Assembly: GCF_009914755.1 (NCBI RefSeq)
Contig: NC_060933.1
From: the human T2T-CHM13v2.0 reference genome, Homo sapiens
Reading direction: 5' to 3' (one strand)
DNA length: 64,000 nt
The notes beneath the pieces are model-generated. The model searched no databases. It was not told the origin of the DNA and worked only from the letters and a program-made list of their open reading frames with translations. The first letter of the stretch is position 1. Every line of letters starts with the position of its first letter. The translations under genes were made by a program, and so were the position numbers. Positions 1-15,500 of this stretch are shown here, piece after piece.

Positions 1-3000
1 TCCATTCCATTCCGTTCCGTTCCATTCCATTCCATTCCATTCTATTCGGGTTAATTCCATTCCATTCCATTCGATTGCAATCGAGTTGATTCCATTCCAT
101 TCCATTCCGTTCCATTCCATTCCATTCCATTCCATTCCTTTCCATTCCATTACGGATGATTCCATTCCATTGCATTCCATTCCATTCCATTCCCCTGTAC
201 TCGGGTTGATTCCATTCCATTCCATTCCAATCCATGCCATTCCACTCGTGTTGATTCCATTCTTTCCATTCCATTCAAGTTGAATCCATTCCATTGCATT
301 CCATTCCATTGTATTCCATTCGATTGCACTCGGGTTGATTCCATTCCATTGCATTCCATTCCATTCCATTCCATTCCATTCCATTCCATTCCATTCCGTT
401 CCATTCCATTCCATTACATTCGGATTGATTCTATTCAATTCCCTTACACTCCATTACATTCCATTAAATTCGGGTAGCTTCCATTCCATTCCATTCCATT
501 CCTCTCCATTCCATTGCTCTCGGGTTGATTTCATTCCATTGCATTCCATTCCATTCCATTCAATTCCATTCCGTTCCATTCCATTCCATTCCATTCGGAT
601 TGATTCTATTCAACTCCCTTACTCTCCATTACGTTCCATTCCATTCGGGTTGTTCAATTCCATTCCATTCCTTTCCACTCCATTCCATTGCACTCGGGTT
701 TATTCCATTCCATTCCATTCCATTCCATTCCATTCCATTCCGGAAGATTCCATTCCATTGCATTCCATTCCATTCCATTCCCCTGCACTCGCGTTGATTC
801 CATTCCATTCCATTCCATTCCATTCCATTCCATTCCATTCCATTCCATTCCTTTCCTTTCCATTCCATTCCATTCCATTCCATTCCAATCCATTCCATTC
901 CGTTCCGTTCCGTTCCATTCCATTCCATTCCATTCTATTCGGGTTAATTCCATTCCATTCCATTCGATTGCAATCGAGTTGATTCCATTCCATTCTATTC
1001 CATTCCATTCCATTCCATTCCATTCCTTTCCATTCCATTACGGATGATTCCATTCCATTGCATTCCATTCCATTCCATTCCCCTGTACTCGGGTTGATTC
1101 CATTCCATTCCATTCCAATCCATGCCATTCCACTCGTGTTGATTCCATTCTTTCCATTCCATTCAAGTTGAATCCATTCCATTGCATTCTATTCCATTCC
1201 ATTCCCCTGCAGTCGGGTTGATTCCATTCCATTCCATTCCATTCCATTCCATTCCATTCCATTCCGTTCCGTTCCATTCCATTCCATTCTATTCGGGTTA
1301 ATTCCATTCCATTCCATTCCAATCGAGTTGATTCCATTCCATTCCATTCCATTACATTCCATTCCATTCCATTCCACTCCATTCCAGTCCTTTCCATTCC
1401 ATTCCACTCGGGTTGTTCCCAATGTATTCCTTTCCATTCCATTCCATTCCATTGCAATCGAGTTGATTCCATTGCTTTTCATTCCATTCCATTCCATTCC
1501 ATTCCGGATGATTCCATTCCATTGCATTCCATTCCATTCCATTCCCCTGCACTCGGGTTGATTCCATTCCATTCCACTCCATTCCGTTCCATTCCATTCC
1601 ATTCCATTGTATTCGGGTTAATTCCATTCCATTCCATTCCATTCCATTCCATTGCATTTCGTTCCATTCCATTCTATTCCGTATCATTCCATTCCATTCC
1701 ATTCCATTCCATTCCATTCCATTCCATTGTACTCGGGTTGATTCCATTCCATTGCATTCCATTCCATTCCATTCCATTCCTTTCCATTCTGTTGCATTCC
1801 ATTCCATTACATTCGGATTGATTATATTCAACTCCCTTACTCTCCATTACATTCCATTCCATTCGGGTTGTTCCATTCCATTCCATTCCATTCCACTCCA
1901 TTCCATTGCACTCGGGTTGATTCCATTCCATTCCATTCCATTCCATTCCATTCCGGATGATTCCATTCCATTGCATTCCATTCCATTACATTCCCCTCCA
2001 CTCGCGTTGATTCCATTCCTTTCCATTCCATTCCATTCAATTCCATTCCATTACAATTCTTTCCATTCCATTCTATTCCGTACCATTCCATTCCATTCCA
2101 TACCATTCCATTCCATTCCCTTCCATTCCGTTCCATTCCGTTCCATTCCATTCCATTCCATTCTATTCGTGTTAATTCCATTCCATTCCATTCAATTCCA
2201 TTCCATTCTATTCCATTCCATTACAATCGAGTTGAATCCATTGCATTTCATTCCATTCCATTCCATTCCATTCCATTCCATTCCGGAAGATTCCATTCCA
2301 TTGCATTCCATTCCATTCCATTCCCCTGCACTCGCGTTGATTCCATTCCATTCCATTCCATTCCATTCCATCCATTCCGTTCCATTCCGTTCCATTCCTT
2401 TCCATTCCATTCCATTCCATTCCGTTCCGTTCCATTCCATTCCATTCCATTCTATTCGGGTTAATTCCATTCCATTCAATTCGATTGCAATCGAGTTGAT
2501 TCCATTCCATTCCATTCCGTTCCATTCCATTCCATTCCATTCCATTCCATTCCTTTCCATTCCATTACGGATGATTCCATTCCATTGCATTCCATTCCAT
2601 TCCATTCCCCTGTACTCGGGTTGATTCCATTCCATTCCATTCCAATCCATGCCATTCCACTCGTGTTGATTCCATTCTTTCCATTCCATTCAAGTTGAAT
2701 CCATTCCATTGCATTCCATTCCATTGTATTCCATTCGATTGCACTCGGGTTGATTCCATTCCATTGCATTCCATTCCATTCCATTCCATTCCATTCCATT
2801 CCATTCCGTTCCATTCCATTCCATTACATTCGGATTGATTCTATTCAATTCCCTTACACTCCATTACATTCCATTAAATTCGGGTAGCTTCCATTCCATT
2901 CCATTCCATTCCTCTCCATTCCATTGCTCTCGGGTTGATTCCATTCCATTGCATTCCATTCCATTCCATTCAATTCCATTCCGTTCCATTCCATTCCATT

Positions 3001-4750
3001 CCATTCGGATTGATTCTATTCAACTCCCTTACTCTCCATTACGTTCCATTCCATTCGGGTTGTTCCATTCCATTCCATTCCTTTCCACTCCATTCCATTG
3101 CACTCGGGTTTATTCCATTCCATTCCATTCCATTCCATTCCATTTCATTCCGGAAGATTCCATTCCATTGCATTCCATTCCATTCCATTCCCCTGCACTC
3201 GCGTTGATTCCATTCCATTCCATTCCATTCCATTCCATTCCATTCCATTCCTTTCCTTTCCATTCCATTCCATTCCATTCCATTCCAATCCATTCCATTC
3301 CGTTCCGTTCCGTTCCATTCCTTTCCATTCCATTCTATTCGGGTTAATTCCATTCCATTCCATTCGATTGCAATCGAGTTGATTCCATTCCATTCTATTC
3401 CATTCCATTCCATTCCATTCCATTCCTTTCCATTCCATTACGGATGATTCCATTCCATTGCATTCCATTCCATTCCATTCCCCTGTACTCGGGTTGATTC
3501 CATTCCATTCCATTCCAATCCATGCCATTCCACTCGTGTTGATTCCATTCTTTCCATTCCATTCAAGTTGAATCCATTCCATTGCATTCCATTCCATTCC
3601 ATTCCCCTGCAGTCGGGTTGATTCCATTCCATTCCATTCCATTCCATTCCATTCCATTCCATTCCGTTCCGTTCCATTCCATTCCATTCTATTCGGGTTA
3701 ATTCCATTCCATTCCATTCCAATCGAGTTGATTCCATTCCATTCCATTCCATTCCATTCCATTCCATTCCATTCCACTCCATTCCAGTCCTTTCCATTCC
3801 ATTCCACTCGGGTTGTTCCCAATGTATTCCTTTCCATTCCATTCCATTCCATTGCAATCGAGTTGATTCCATTGCTTTGCATTCCATTCCATTCCATTCC
3901 ATTCCGAATGATTCCATTCCATTGCATTCCATTCCATTCCATTCCCCTGCACTCGGGTTGATTCCATTCCATTCCACTCCATTCCGTTCCATTACATTCC
4001 ATTCCATTGTATTCGGGTTAATTCCATTCCATTCCATTCCATTCCATTCCATTCCATTGCATTTCGTTCCATTCCATTCTATTCGGTATCATTCCATTCC
4101 ATTCCATTCCATTCCATTCCATTCCATTCCATTCCATTCCATTCCATTGTACTCGGGTTGATTCAATTCCATTGCATTCCATTCCATTCCATTCCATTCC
4201 ATTCCATTCCATTCCGTTGCATTCCATTCCATTACATTCGGATTTATTCTATTCAACTCCCTTACTCTCCATTACATTCCATTCCATTCGGGTTGTTCCA
4301 TTCCATTCCATTCCATTCCACTCCATTCCATTGCACTCGTGTTGATTCCTTTCCATTCCATTCCATTCCATTCCATTCCATTCCGGATGATTCCATTCCA
4401 TTGCATTCCGTTCCATTACATTCCCCTGCACTCGCGTTGATTCCATTCCATTCCATTCCATTCCATTCAATTCCATTCCATTACAATTCGTTCCATTCCA
4501 TTCTATTCCGTACCATTCCATTCCATTCCATACCATTCCATTCCATTCCATTCCATTCCATTCCGTTCCATTCCGTTCCATTCCATTCCATTCCATTATA
4601 TTCGGATTAATTCCATTCCATTCCATTCCATTCCATTCTATTCCATTCCATTGCAATCGAGTTGAATCCATTGCATTTCATTCCATTCCATTCCATTCCA
4701 TTCCATTCCGGAAGATTCCATTCCATTGCATTCCATTCCATTCCATTCCC
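1..4750 (+). repeat. Tandem duplication, ~2.4 kb period
   Basis: Private variants recur at a 2400-2415 bp offset: CCATTAAATTCGGGTAGCTT at 461 and 2871, GGTTGTTCCCAATGTA at 1411 and 3811. Identical ORF translations at 150..404 and 2565..2819. Confidence 0.85.
737..751. promoter_or_regulatory. Perfect three-unit heat shock element match (representative of ~22 copies between 737 and 34967)
   Basis: ATTCC GGAAG ATTCC equals nTTCn nGAAn nTTCn, the canonical HSF-binding arrangement. This is a sequence match only and occupancy is not shown. Confidence 0.45.
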
Positions 4751-6580
4751 CTGCACTCGCATTGATTCCATTCCATTCCATTCCATTCCATTCCGTTCCT
4801 TTCCATTCCATTCCATTCCTTTCCATTCCATTCCATTCCGTTCCGTCCCATTCCATTCCATTCCATTCTATTCGGGTTAATTCCATTCCATTCCATACGA
4901 TTGCAATCGAGTTGATTCCATTCCATTCCATTCCATTCCATTCCATTCCTTTCCTTTCCATTCCATTACGGATGATTCCATTCCATTGCATTCCATTCCA
5001 TTCCATTCCCCTGTACTCGGGTTGATTCCATTCCATTCCATTCCAATCCATGCCATTCCACTCGTGTTGATTCCATTCTTTCCATTGCATTCAAGTTGAA
5101 TCCATTCCATTGCATTCCATTCCATTCTATTCCATTCGATTGCACTCAGGTTGATTCCATTCCATTGCATTCCATTCCATTCCATTCCATTCCATTCCGT
5201 TCCATTCCATTCCATTACATTCGGATTGATTCTATTCAATTCCCTTACACTCCATCACATTACATTCCATTCGGGTAGTTTCCATTCCATTCCATTCCAT
5301 TCCTCTCCATTCCATTGCACTCGGGTTGATTCCATTCCATTGCATTCCATTCCATTCCATTCAGTTCCATTCCGTTCCATTCCATTCCATTACATTCGGA
5401 TTGATTCTATTCAACACCCTTACTCTCCATTACATTCCATTCCATTCGGGTTGTTCCATTCCATTCCATTCCATTCCACTCCATTCCATTGCACTCGGGT
5501 TGATTCCATTCCATTCCATTCCATTCCATTCCATTCCATTCCATTCCATTCCATTACAGTCGAGTTGATTCCATTCCATTCCATTCTATTCCAGTCCTTT
5601 CCATTCCATTCCACTCGGGTTGATTCCATTCTATTAGTTTCCATTCCATTCCATTCCCTTCCATTCCACTCTTGTTGATTCCATTCCTTTCCATTCCACT
5701 CGAATACATTCCCTCCTATTCCACTCGGAACGATTCCATTCCATTCCATTCCATTCCATTGCATTCCATTCCATTCCATTCCATTCCATTCCATTCCGTT
5801 GCATTCCATTCCATTACATTCGGATTGATTCTATTCAACTCCCTTACTCTCCATTACATTCCATTCCATTCGGGTTGTTCCATTCCATTCCATTCCATTC
5901 CACTCCATTCCATTGCACTCGTGTTGATTCCTTTCCATTCCATTCCATTCCATTCCATTCCATTCCGGATGTTTCCATTCCATTGCATTCCGTTCCATTA
6001 CATTCCCCTGCACTCGCGTTGATTCCATTCCATTCCATTCCATTCCATTCAATTCCATTCCATTACAATTCGTTCCATTCCATTCTATTCCGTACCATTC
6101 CATTCCATTCCATACCATTCCATTCCATTCCATTCCATTCCATACCATTCCGTTCCATTCCGTTCCATTCCATTCCATTCCATTCTATTCGGATTAATTC
6201 CATTCCATTCCATTCCATTCCATTCTATTCCATTCCATTGCAATCGAGTTGAATCCATTGCATTTCATTCCATTCCATTCCATTCCATTCCATTCCGGAA
6301 GATTCCATTCCATTGCATTCCATTCCATTCCATTCCCCTGCACTCGCATTGATTCCATTCCATTCCATTCCATTCCATTCCGTTCCGTTCCATTCCATTC
6401 CATTCCTTTCCATTCCATTCCATTCCGTTCCGTCCCATTCCATTCCATTCCATTCTTTTCGGGTTAATTCCATTCCATTCCATACGATTGCAATCGAGTT
6501 GATTCCATTCCATTCCATTCCATTCCATTCCATTCCTTTCCTTTCCATTCCATTACGGATGATTCCATTCCATTGCATTC
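4200..6580 (+). repeat. ~0.8 kb segment duplicated at ~1.58 kb offset
   Basis: CACTCGCATTGA, CCGTCCCATT and CCATACGATTGC occur at ~4755-4900 and ~6342-6490. ORF pairs 4262/5844 and 4607/6194. Confidence 0.8.
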
Positions 6581-9500
6581 CATTCCATTCCATTCCATTC
6601 CATTCCATTCCATTCCATTCCGGATGATTCCATTCCATTGCATTCCGTTCCATTACATTCCCCTGCACTCGGGTTGATTCCATTCAATTCCATTCCATTC
6701 CATTCCATTCGATTCCATTCCATTCCCCTGCACTCGCGTTGATTCCATTCCATTCCATTCCATTCCATTCCTTTCCATTCCATTCCTTTCCGTTCCATTC
6801 CATTCCATTCCATTCCATTCCATTCCATTCCGTTCCGTTCCGTTCCATTCCATTCCATTCCATTCTATTTGGGTTAATTCCAATCCATTCCATTCGATTG
6901 TAATCGAGTTGATTCCATTCCATTCCATTCCATTCCATTCCATTCCTTTCCATTCCATTACGGATGATTCCATTCCATTGCATTCCATTCCATTCCATTC
7001 CCCTGTACTCGGGTTGATTCCATTCCATTCCATTCCAATCCATTCCATTTCACTCGTGTTGATTCCATTCTTTCCATTCCATTCAAATTGAATCCATTCC
7101 ATTGCATTCCATTCCATTCGATTCCATTCCATTGCACTCGGGTTGATTCCATTCCATTGCATTCCATTCCATTCCATTCCATTCCTTTCCACTCCGTTCC
7201 ATTGCATTCCATTACATTCGGATTGATTTTATTCAATTCCCTTACACTCCATTCCATTCCATTCCATTCGGGTAGTTTCCATTCCATTCCATTCCATTCC
7301 TCTCCATTCCATTACACTCGGGTTGATTCCATTCCATTCCATTCCATTCCATTCCATTCCATTCCATTCCATTCCATTGTACTCGGGTTGATTCCATTCC
7401 ATTCCATTCCATTCCATTCCATTCCATTCCATTCCGTTCCATTCCATTCCATTCCCTTCGGATTGATTCTTTTCAACTCCCTTACTCTCCATTACTTTCC
7501 ATTCCATGTGGGTTGTTCCATTCCATTCCATTCCATTCCACTCCATTCCATTGCACTCGGGTTGATTCCATTCCATTCCATTCCATTCCATTCCGGATGA
7601 TTCCATTCCCTTGCATTCCGTTCCATTACATTCCCCTGGACACGGGTTGATTCCATTCCATTCCATTCCATTCCATTCCATTCCATTCCATTCCATTCCA
7701 CTCCATTCCATTCCCCTGCACTCGCGTTGATTCCATTCCATTCCATTCCATTCCATTCCATTACTTTCCGTTCCGTTCCATTCCATTCCATTCCATTCCG
7801 TTCCGTTCCGTTCCATTCCATTCCATTCCATTCTATTCGGGTTAATTCCATTCCATTCCATTCGATTGCAATCGAGTTGATTCCATTCCATTCCATTCCA
7901 TTCCATTCCATTCCTTTCCATTCCATTACGGATTATTCCATTCCATTGCATTCCATTCCATTCCATTCCCCTGTACTCGGGTTGAATCCATTCCATTCCA
8001 TTCCAATCCATGCCATTCCACTCGTGTTGATTCCATTCTTTCCATTCCATTCAAGTTGAATCCATTCCATTGCATTCCATTCCATTCGATTCCATTCGAT
8101 TGAACTCGGGTTGATTCCATTCCATTGCATTCCATTCCATTGCATTCCATTCCATTCCATTCCATTTCATTCCGTTCCATTCCATTACATTGGGATTGTT
8201 TCTATTCAACTCCCTTACTCTCCATTACATTCCATTCCATTCGGGTTGTTCCATTCCATTCCATTCCATTCCACTCCATTCCATTGCACTCGGGTTGATT
8301 CCATTCCATTCCATTCCATTCCATTCCATTCCGGATGTTTCCATTCCATTGCATTCCGTTCCATTACATTGCCATGCACTCGCGTTGATTCCATTCCATT
8401 CCATTCCATTCCATTCCATTCCATTCAATTCCATTCCATTACAATTCCTTCCATTCCATTCTATTCCGTACCATTCCATTCCATTCCATACCATTCCATT
8501 CCATTCCTTTCCATTCCATTCCGTTCCATTCTGTTCCATTCCATTCCATTCCATTCCATTCTATTCGGGTTAATTCCATTCCATTCCATTCCATTCCATT
8601 CTATTCCATTCCATTTCAATCGAGTTGAATCCATTGCATTTCATTCCATTCCATTCCATTCCATTCCATTCCATTCCATTGCATTCCATTTCATTCCATT
8701 CCATTCCATTCCATTCCATTCCATTCCATTCCTTTCCGTTCCATTCCATTCCATTCCATTCCATTCCATTCCATTCCATTCCGTTCCGTTCCGCTCCGTT
8801 CCATTCCATTCCATTCCATTCTATTCGGGTTATTTCCATTCCATTCCATTCGATTGCAATCGAGTTGATGCCATTCCATTCCATTCCATTCCGTTCCATT
8901 CCATTCCATTCCATTCCTTTCCATTCCATTACGGATGGTTCCATTCCATTGCATTCCATTCCATTCCATTCCCCTGTACTCGGGTTGATTCCATTCCATT
9001 CCATTCCAATCCATGCCATTCCAATCGTGTTGATTCCATTCTTTCCATTCCATTCAAGTTGAATCCATTACATTGCATTCCATTCCATTCCATTCCCCTG
9101 CAGTCGGGTTGATTCCATTCTATTCCATTCCATTCTATTCCATTCCATTCCGTTCCGTTCCTTTCCGTTCCATTCCATTCCATTCTATTCGGGTTAATTC
9201 CATTCCATTCCATTCCATTCCATTCCATTCCAATCGAGTTGATTCCCTTCCATTCCATTCCATTCCATTCCACTCCATTCCAGTCCTTTCCATTCCATTC
9301 CACTCGGGTTTATTCCATTCTATTCCTTTCCATTCCATTACATTCCATTGCAATCGAGTTGATTCCATTGCTTTGCATTCCATTCCATTCCATTCCATTC
9401 CGGATGATTCCATTCCATTGCATTCCATTCCATTCCATTCCCCTGCACTCGGGTTGACTCCATTCCATTCCACTCCATTCCGTTCCATTCCATTCCATTC

Positions 9501-12500
9501 CATTGTATTCGGGTTAATTCCATTCCATTCCATTCCATTCCATTCCATTCCATTCCAATCCATTACAATCGAGTTGATTCCTTTCCATTCCATTCCATTC
9601 CATTCCATTCCATTCCATTCCTTTCCATTACATTACGGATTATTCCATTCCATTGCATTCCATTCCATTCCATTCCCCTGTACTCGGGTTGATTTCAATC
9701 CATTCCGTTCCATTCCATGCCATTCCACTCGTGTTGATTCCATTCTTTCCATTCCATTCAAGTTGAATCCATTCCATTGCATTCCATTCCATTCGATTCC
9801 ATTCGATTGCACTCGGGTTGATTCCTTTCCATTGCATTCCATTCCGTTCCGTTCCATTCCATTACTTTCGGATTGATTCTATTCAATTCCCTTACACTCC
9901 ATTACATTCCATTCCATTCGGGTAGTTTCCATTCCATTCCATTCCATTCCTCTCCATTCCATTGCACTCGGGTTGATTCCATTCCATTCCATTCCATTCC
10001 ATTCCATTCCATTCCATTCCGGATGATTCCATTCCATTTAATTCCATTCCATTCCATTCCCCTGCACTTGGGTTGATTCCATTCCATTCCATTCCATTCC
10101 TTTCCGTTCCATTCCATTCCATTCAATTCCATTCCATTCTATTCGTGTTAATTCCATTCCATTCTATTCCATTCCATTCCATTAAAATCGAGTTGATTCC
10201 ATTCCATTCCATTCAATTCCATTCCATTCCGGATGATTCCATTCCATTGCATTCCATTCCATTCCATTCCCCTGCACTCGGGTTGAATCCATTCCATTCC
10301 ATTCCATTACATTCCGTTCCATTCCATTCCATTCTATTCGGGTTAATTCCATTCCATTCCATTCCACTCCATTCCAGTCCTTTCCATTCCATTCCACTCG
10401 GGTTGATTCCATTCTATTCCTTTCCATTCCATTCCATTCCATTGCAATCGAGTTGATTCCATTCGAGTTGAATCCATTCCATTCCATTCCATTCCATTCC
10501 ATTACATTGCACACAGGTTCATTCCATTCCATTCCATTAAATTCCATTCCATTCCATTTCATTCCATTCCATTCTATTCCGTAAAATTCCATTCCATCCC
10601 ATTCCATTCCATTCCATTCCATTCCATGCCATTACACTCGGGTTGATTCCATTCCTTTCCATTCCATTCTTGTTGATTCCATTCCATTCCATACCATTCC
10701 ATTCCATTCCATTCCATTCCATTCCATTCCGTTCCGTTCCATTCCGTTCCATTCCATTCCATTCTATTCGGGTTAATTCCATTCCATTCCATTCCATTCC
10801 ATTCCATTCCATTCCATTCTATTCCATTCCATTGCAATCGAGTTGAATCCATTGCATTCCATTCCATTCCATTCCATTCCAGAAGATTCCATTCCATTGC
10901 ATTCCATTCCATTCCATTCCCCTGCACTCGCGTTGATTCCATTCCATTCCATTCCATTCCATTCCATTCCGTTCCGTTCGGTTCCATTCCATTCCATTCC
11001 ATTCCATTCCATTCCATTCCGTTCCGTTCCATTCCATTCCATTCCATTCTATTCGGGTTAATTCCATTCCATTCCATTCGATTGCAATCGATTTGATTCC
11101 ATTCCATTCCATTCCATTCCATTCCATTCCATTCCTTTCCATTGCATTCATTTCCATTCCATTACGGATGCTTCCATTCCATTGCATTGCATTCCATTAC
11201 ATTCCCCTGTACTCGGGTTGATTCCATTCCATTCCATTCCAATCCATGCCATTCCACTCCTGTTGATTCCATTCTTTCCATTCCATTCAAGTTGAATCCA
11301 TTCCATTGCATTGCATTCCATTCGATTCCATTCGAATGCACTCGACATGATTCCATTCCATTGCATTCCATTCCATTCCATTCCATTCCGTTCCATTCCA
11401 TTGCATTACATTCGGATTGATTCTTTTCAACTCCCTTACTCTCCATTACATTCCATTCCATTCGGGTTGTTCCATTCCATTCCATTCCATTCCACTCCAT
11501 TCCATTGCACTCGGGTTGATTCCATTCCATTCTATTCCATTCCATTCCATTCCGGATGATTCCATTCCATTGCATTCTGTTCCATTACATTCCCCTGCAC
11601 TCGGGTTGATTCCATTCCATTCCATTCCAGCAAATTCGATTCCATTCCATTCCCCTGCACTCGCGTTGATTCCATTCCATTCCATACCGTTCCATTCCAT
11701 TCCATTCCATTCCATTCCATTCCTTTCCGTTCCATTCCATTCCATTCCATTCCATTCCGTTCCGTTCCATTCCATTCCATTCCATTCTATTCGGGTTAAT
11801 TCCATTCTATTCCATTCGATTGCAATCGAGTTGATTCCATTCCATTCCATTCCATTCCATTCCATTGCATTACATTCAATTCCTTTCCCCTGCACTCGGG
11901 TTGATTCCATTCCATTCCATTCCATTCCATTCCATTCCATTGTACTCGGGTTGAGTCCATTCCATTGCATTCCATTCCATTCCATTCCGTTCCATTCCAT
12001 TCGTTTACATTCGGATTGATTCTATTCAACTCCTTTACTCTCCATTACATTCCATTCCATTCGGGTTGTTCCATTCCATTCCATTCCATTCCACTCCTTT
12101 CCATTGCACTCGGGTTGATTCCATTCCATTCCATTCCATTCCATTCCATTCCGGATGATTCCATTCCATTGCATTCCGTTCCATTACATTCCCCTGCACT
12201 CGGTTTGATTCCATTCCATTCCATTCCATTCCATTCGATTCCATTCCATTCCAATTATTTCCATTCCATTCTATTCCGTACCATTCCATTCCATTCCATA
12301 CAATTGCATTCCATTCCATTCCATTCCATTCCATTCCGTTCCGTTCCGTTCCGTTCCGTTCCACTCCATTCCATTCCATTCTATTCGGGTTAATTCCATT
12401 CCATTCCATTCCATTCCATTCTATTCCATTCCATTGCAATCGAGTTGAATCCATTGCATTCCATTCCATTCCATTCCATTGCATTCCATTCCAGAAGTTT

Positions 12501-15500
12501 CCATTCCATTTCAATCCATTCCATTCCATTCCCCTGCACTCGCGTTGATTCCATTCCATTCCATTCCGTTCCATTCCATTCCATTCCGTTCCGTTCCGTT
12601 CCATTCCATTCCATTCCATTCCGTTCCGTTCCGTTCCGTTCCATTCCATTCCATTCTATTCGGGTTAATTCCATTCCATTCCATTCGATTGCAATCGAGT
12701 TGATTCCATTCCATTCCATTCCATACCATTCCATTCCATTACATTCCATTCCGTTCCATTCCATTCCATTACATTCAGATTGATTCTATTCAATTCCCTT
12801 ACACTTCACTACATTCCAACAAATTGGGGTTGTTTCCATTCCATTCCATTCCATTCCTCTCCATTCCATTGCACTCGGGTTGATTCCATTCCATTCCATT
12901 CCATTCCATTCCATTCCATTCCATTCCATTCTATTCCATTGTACTCGGGTTGATTCCATTCCATTGCATTCCATTCCATTCCATTACGTTCCATTCCATT
13001 CCATTACATTCGGGTTGATTCTATTCAACTCCCTTACTCTCCATTACATTCCATTCCATTCATGTTGTTCCATTCCATTCCATTCCATTCCACTCCATTC
13101 CATTGCACTGGGGTTGATTCCACTACATTCCATTCCATTCCATTCAATTCCGGATGATTCCATTCCATTGCATTCCGATCCATTACATTCCCCTGCACTC
13201 GGGTTGATTCCATTCCATTCCATTACATTCCATTCCATAACATTCCATTCGATTCCATTCTATTCCAATTCTTTCCATTCCATTCAATTCCGTACCATTC
13301 CATTCCATTCCATTCCATACAATTCCATTCCATTCCATTCCATTCCATTCCATTCCATTCCGTTCCGTTCCATTCCATTCCATTCCATTCTATTCCATTC
13401 CATTCCATTCCATTCCATTCCTTTCCGTTCCATTCCTTTCCATTCCATTCTATTCCATTCTATTCCATTCCATTGCAATCGGGTTGAATCCATTGCATTC
13501 CATTCCATTCCATTGCATTCCATTCCGGAAGATTCCATTCCATTGCATTCCATTCCATTCCATTCCCCTGCACTCGCGTTGATTCCATTCCATTCCATTC
13601 CATTCCATTCCATTCCATTCCATTCCATTCCTTTCCGTTCCATTCCATTCCATTCCATTCCATTCCGTTCCGTTCCGTTCCACTCCATTCCATTCCATTC
13701 CATTCCATTCCATTCCATTCCATTCCCTTCCGTTCTACTCCATTCCATTCCATTCCATTCTATTCGGGTTAATTCCATTCCATTCCATTCGATTGCAATC
13801 GAGTTGATTCCATTCCATTCCATTCCATTCAATTCCATTCCATTCCATTCCATTCCATTCCACTCGTGTTGATTCCATTCCTTTCCATTCCATTCGGTTT
13901 GAAGCCATTCCATTCCATTGAATTCCATTCCATTCCATTCCATTCCATTCCATTCCATTCCATTCCATTTCATTCCATTGTACTCGGGTTGATTCCATTC
14001 CATTGCATTCCATTCCATTCCATTCAATTCCATTCCGTTCCAATCCATTCCATTACATTCGGATTGATTCTATTCAACTCCCTTACTCTCAATTACATTC
14101 CATTCCATTCGGATTGATTCTATTCAACTCCCTTACTCTCCATTCCATTCCATTCCATTCGGGTTGTTCCATTCCATTCCATTGCATTCCACTCCATTCC
14201 ATTGCACTCGGGTTGATTCCATTCCATTCCATTCCATTCCATTCCATTCCATTCCATTCCGGATGATTCTCTTCCATTGCATTCCGTTCTATTACATTCC
14301 CCTGCACTCGCGTTGATTCCATTCCATTCCATTCGATTCCATTCCATTCCAATTCGTTCCATTCCATTCTATTCCGTACCATTCCTTTCCATTCCATACC
14401 ATTCCATTCCATTCCATTCCATTCCATTCCATTCCATTCGTTTCCGTTCCATTCCGTTCCATTCCATTCCATTCCATTCTATTAGGGTTAATTCCATTCC
14501 ATTCCATTCCATTCCATTCTATTCCATTCCATTGCAATCGAGTTGAATCCATTGCATTCCATTCCATTCCATTCCATTCCATTCCATTCCATTCCGGAAG
14601 ATTCCATTCCATTGCATTCCATTCCATTCCATTCCCCTGCACTCGCGTTGATTCCATTCCATTCCATTCCATTCCATTCCATTCCATTCCATTCCGTTCC
14701 GTTCCGTTCCGTTCCGTTCCATTCCATTCCATTCCGTTCCGTTCCGTTCCATTCCATTCCATTCCATTCCATTCTATTCGGGTTAATTCCATTCCATTCC
14801 ATTCGATTGCAATCGAGTTCATTCCATTCCATTCCATTCCTTTCCATTCCATTCCATTCAATTCCATTCCTTTCCATTCCATTCCATTCCATTCCCTTTC
14901 TTTCCATTCCATTCCATTCCATTCCATTCCTTTCCATTCCATTCCATTCCATTCCATTCCTTTCCATTCCATTACTGATGATTCCATTCCATTGCATTCC
15001 TTTCCATTCCATTCTCCTGTACTCGAGTTGATTCCATTCCATTCCATTCCAATCCATGACATTCCACTGGTGTTGATTCCATTCTTTCCATTCCATTCAA
15101 GTTGAATCCATTCCATTGCATTCCATTCCTTTCGATTCCATTCGATTGCAGTCGGGTTGATTCCATTCCATTGCATTCCATTCCATTCCATTCCATTCCA
15201 TTCCATTCCGTTCCATTCCATTCCATTACATTCGGATTGATTCTATTAAATTCCCTTACCCTTCATTACATTCCATCCCATTCGGGTAGTTTCCATTCCA
15301 TTCCATTCCATTCCTCTCCATTCCATTGCACTCGGGGTGATTCCATTCCATTCCATTCCGTTCCGTTCCATTCCATTCCATTCCATTCTATTCCATTCCA
15401 TTCCATTCCATTCCGTTCCGTTCCATTCCTTTCCATTCCATTCTATTCCATTCTATTCCATTCCATTGCAATCGAGTTGAATCCATTGCATTCCATTCCA

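Noticed and set aside
421-480. GATTGATTCTATTCAATTCCCTTACACTCC module as a possible inserted element or TE fragment
   Set aside because: It stays in the 5-bp register as degenerate pentamers, recurs throughout both domains, and has no TSD, poly-A or terminal repeat.
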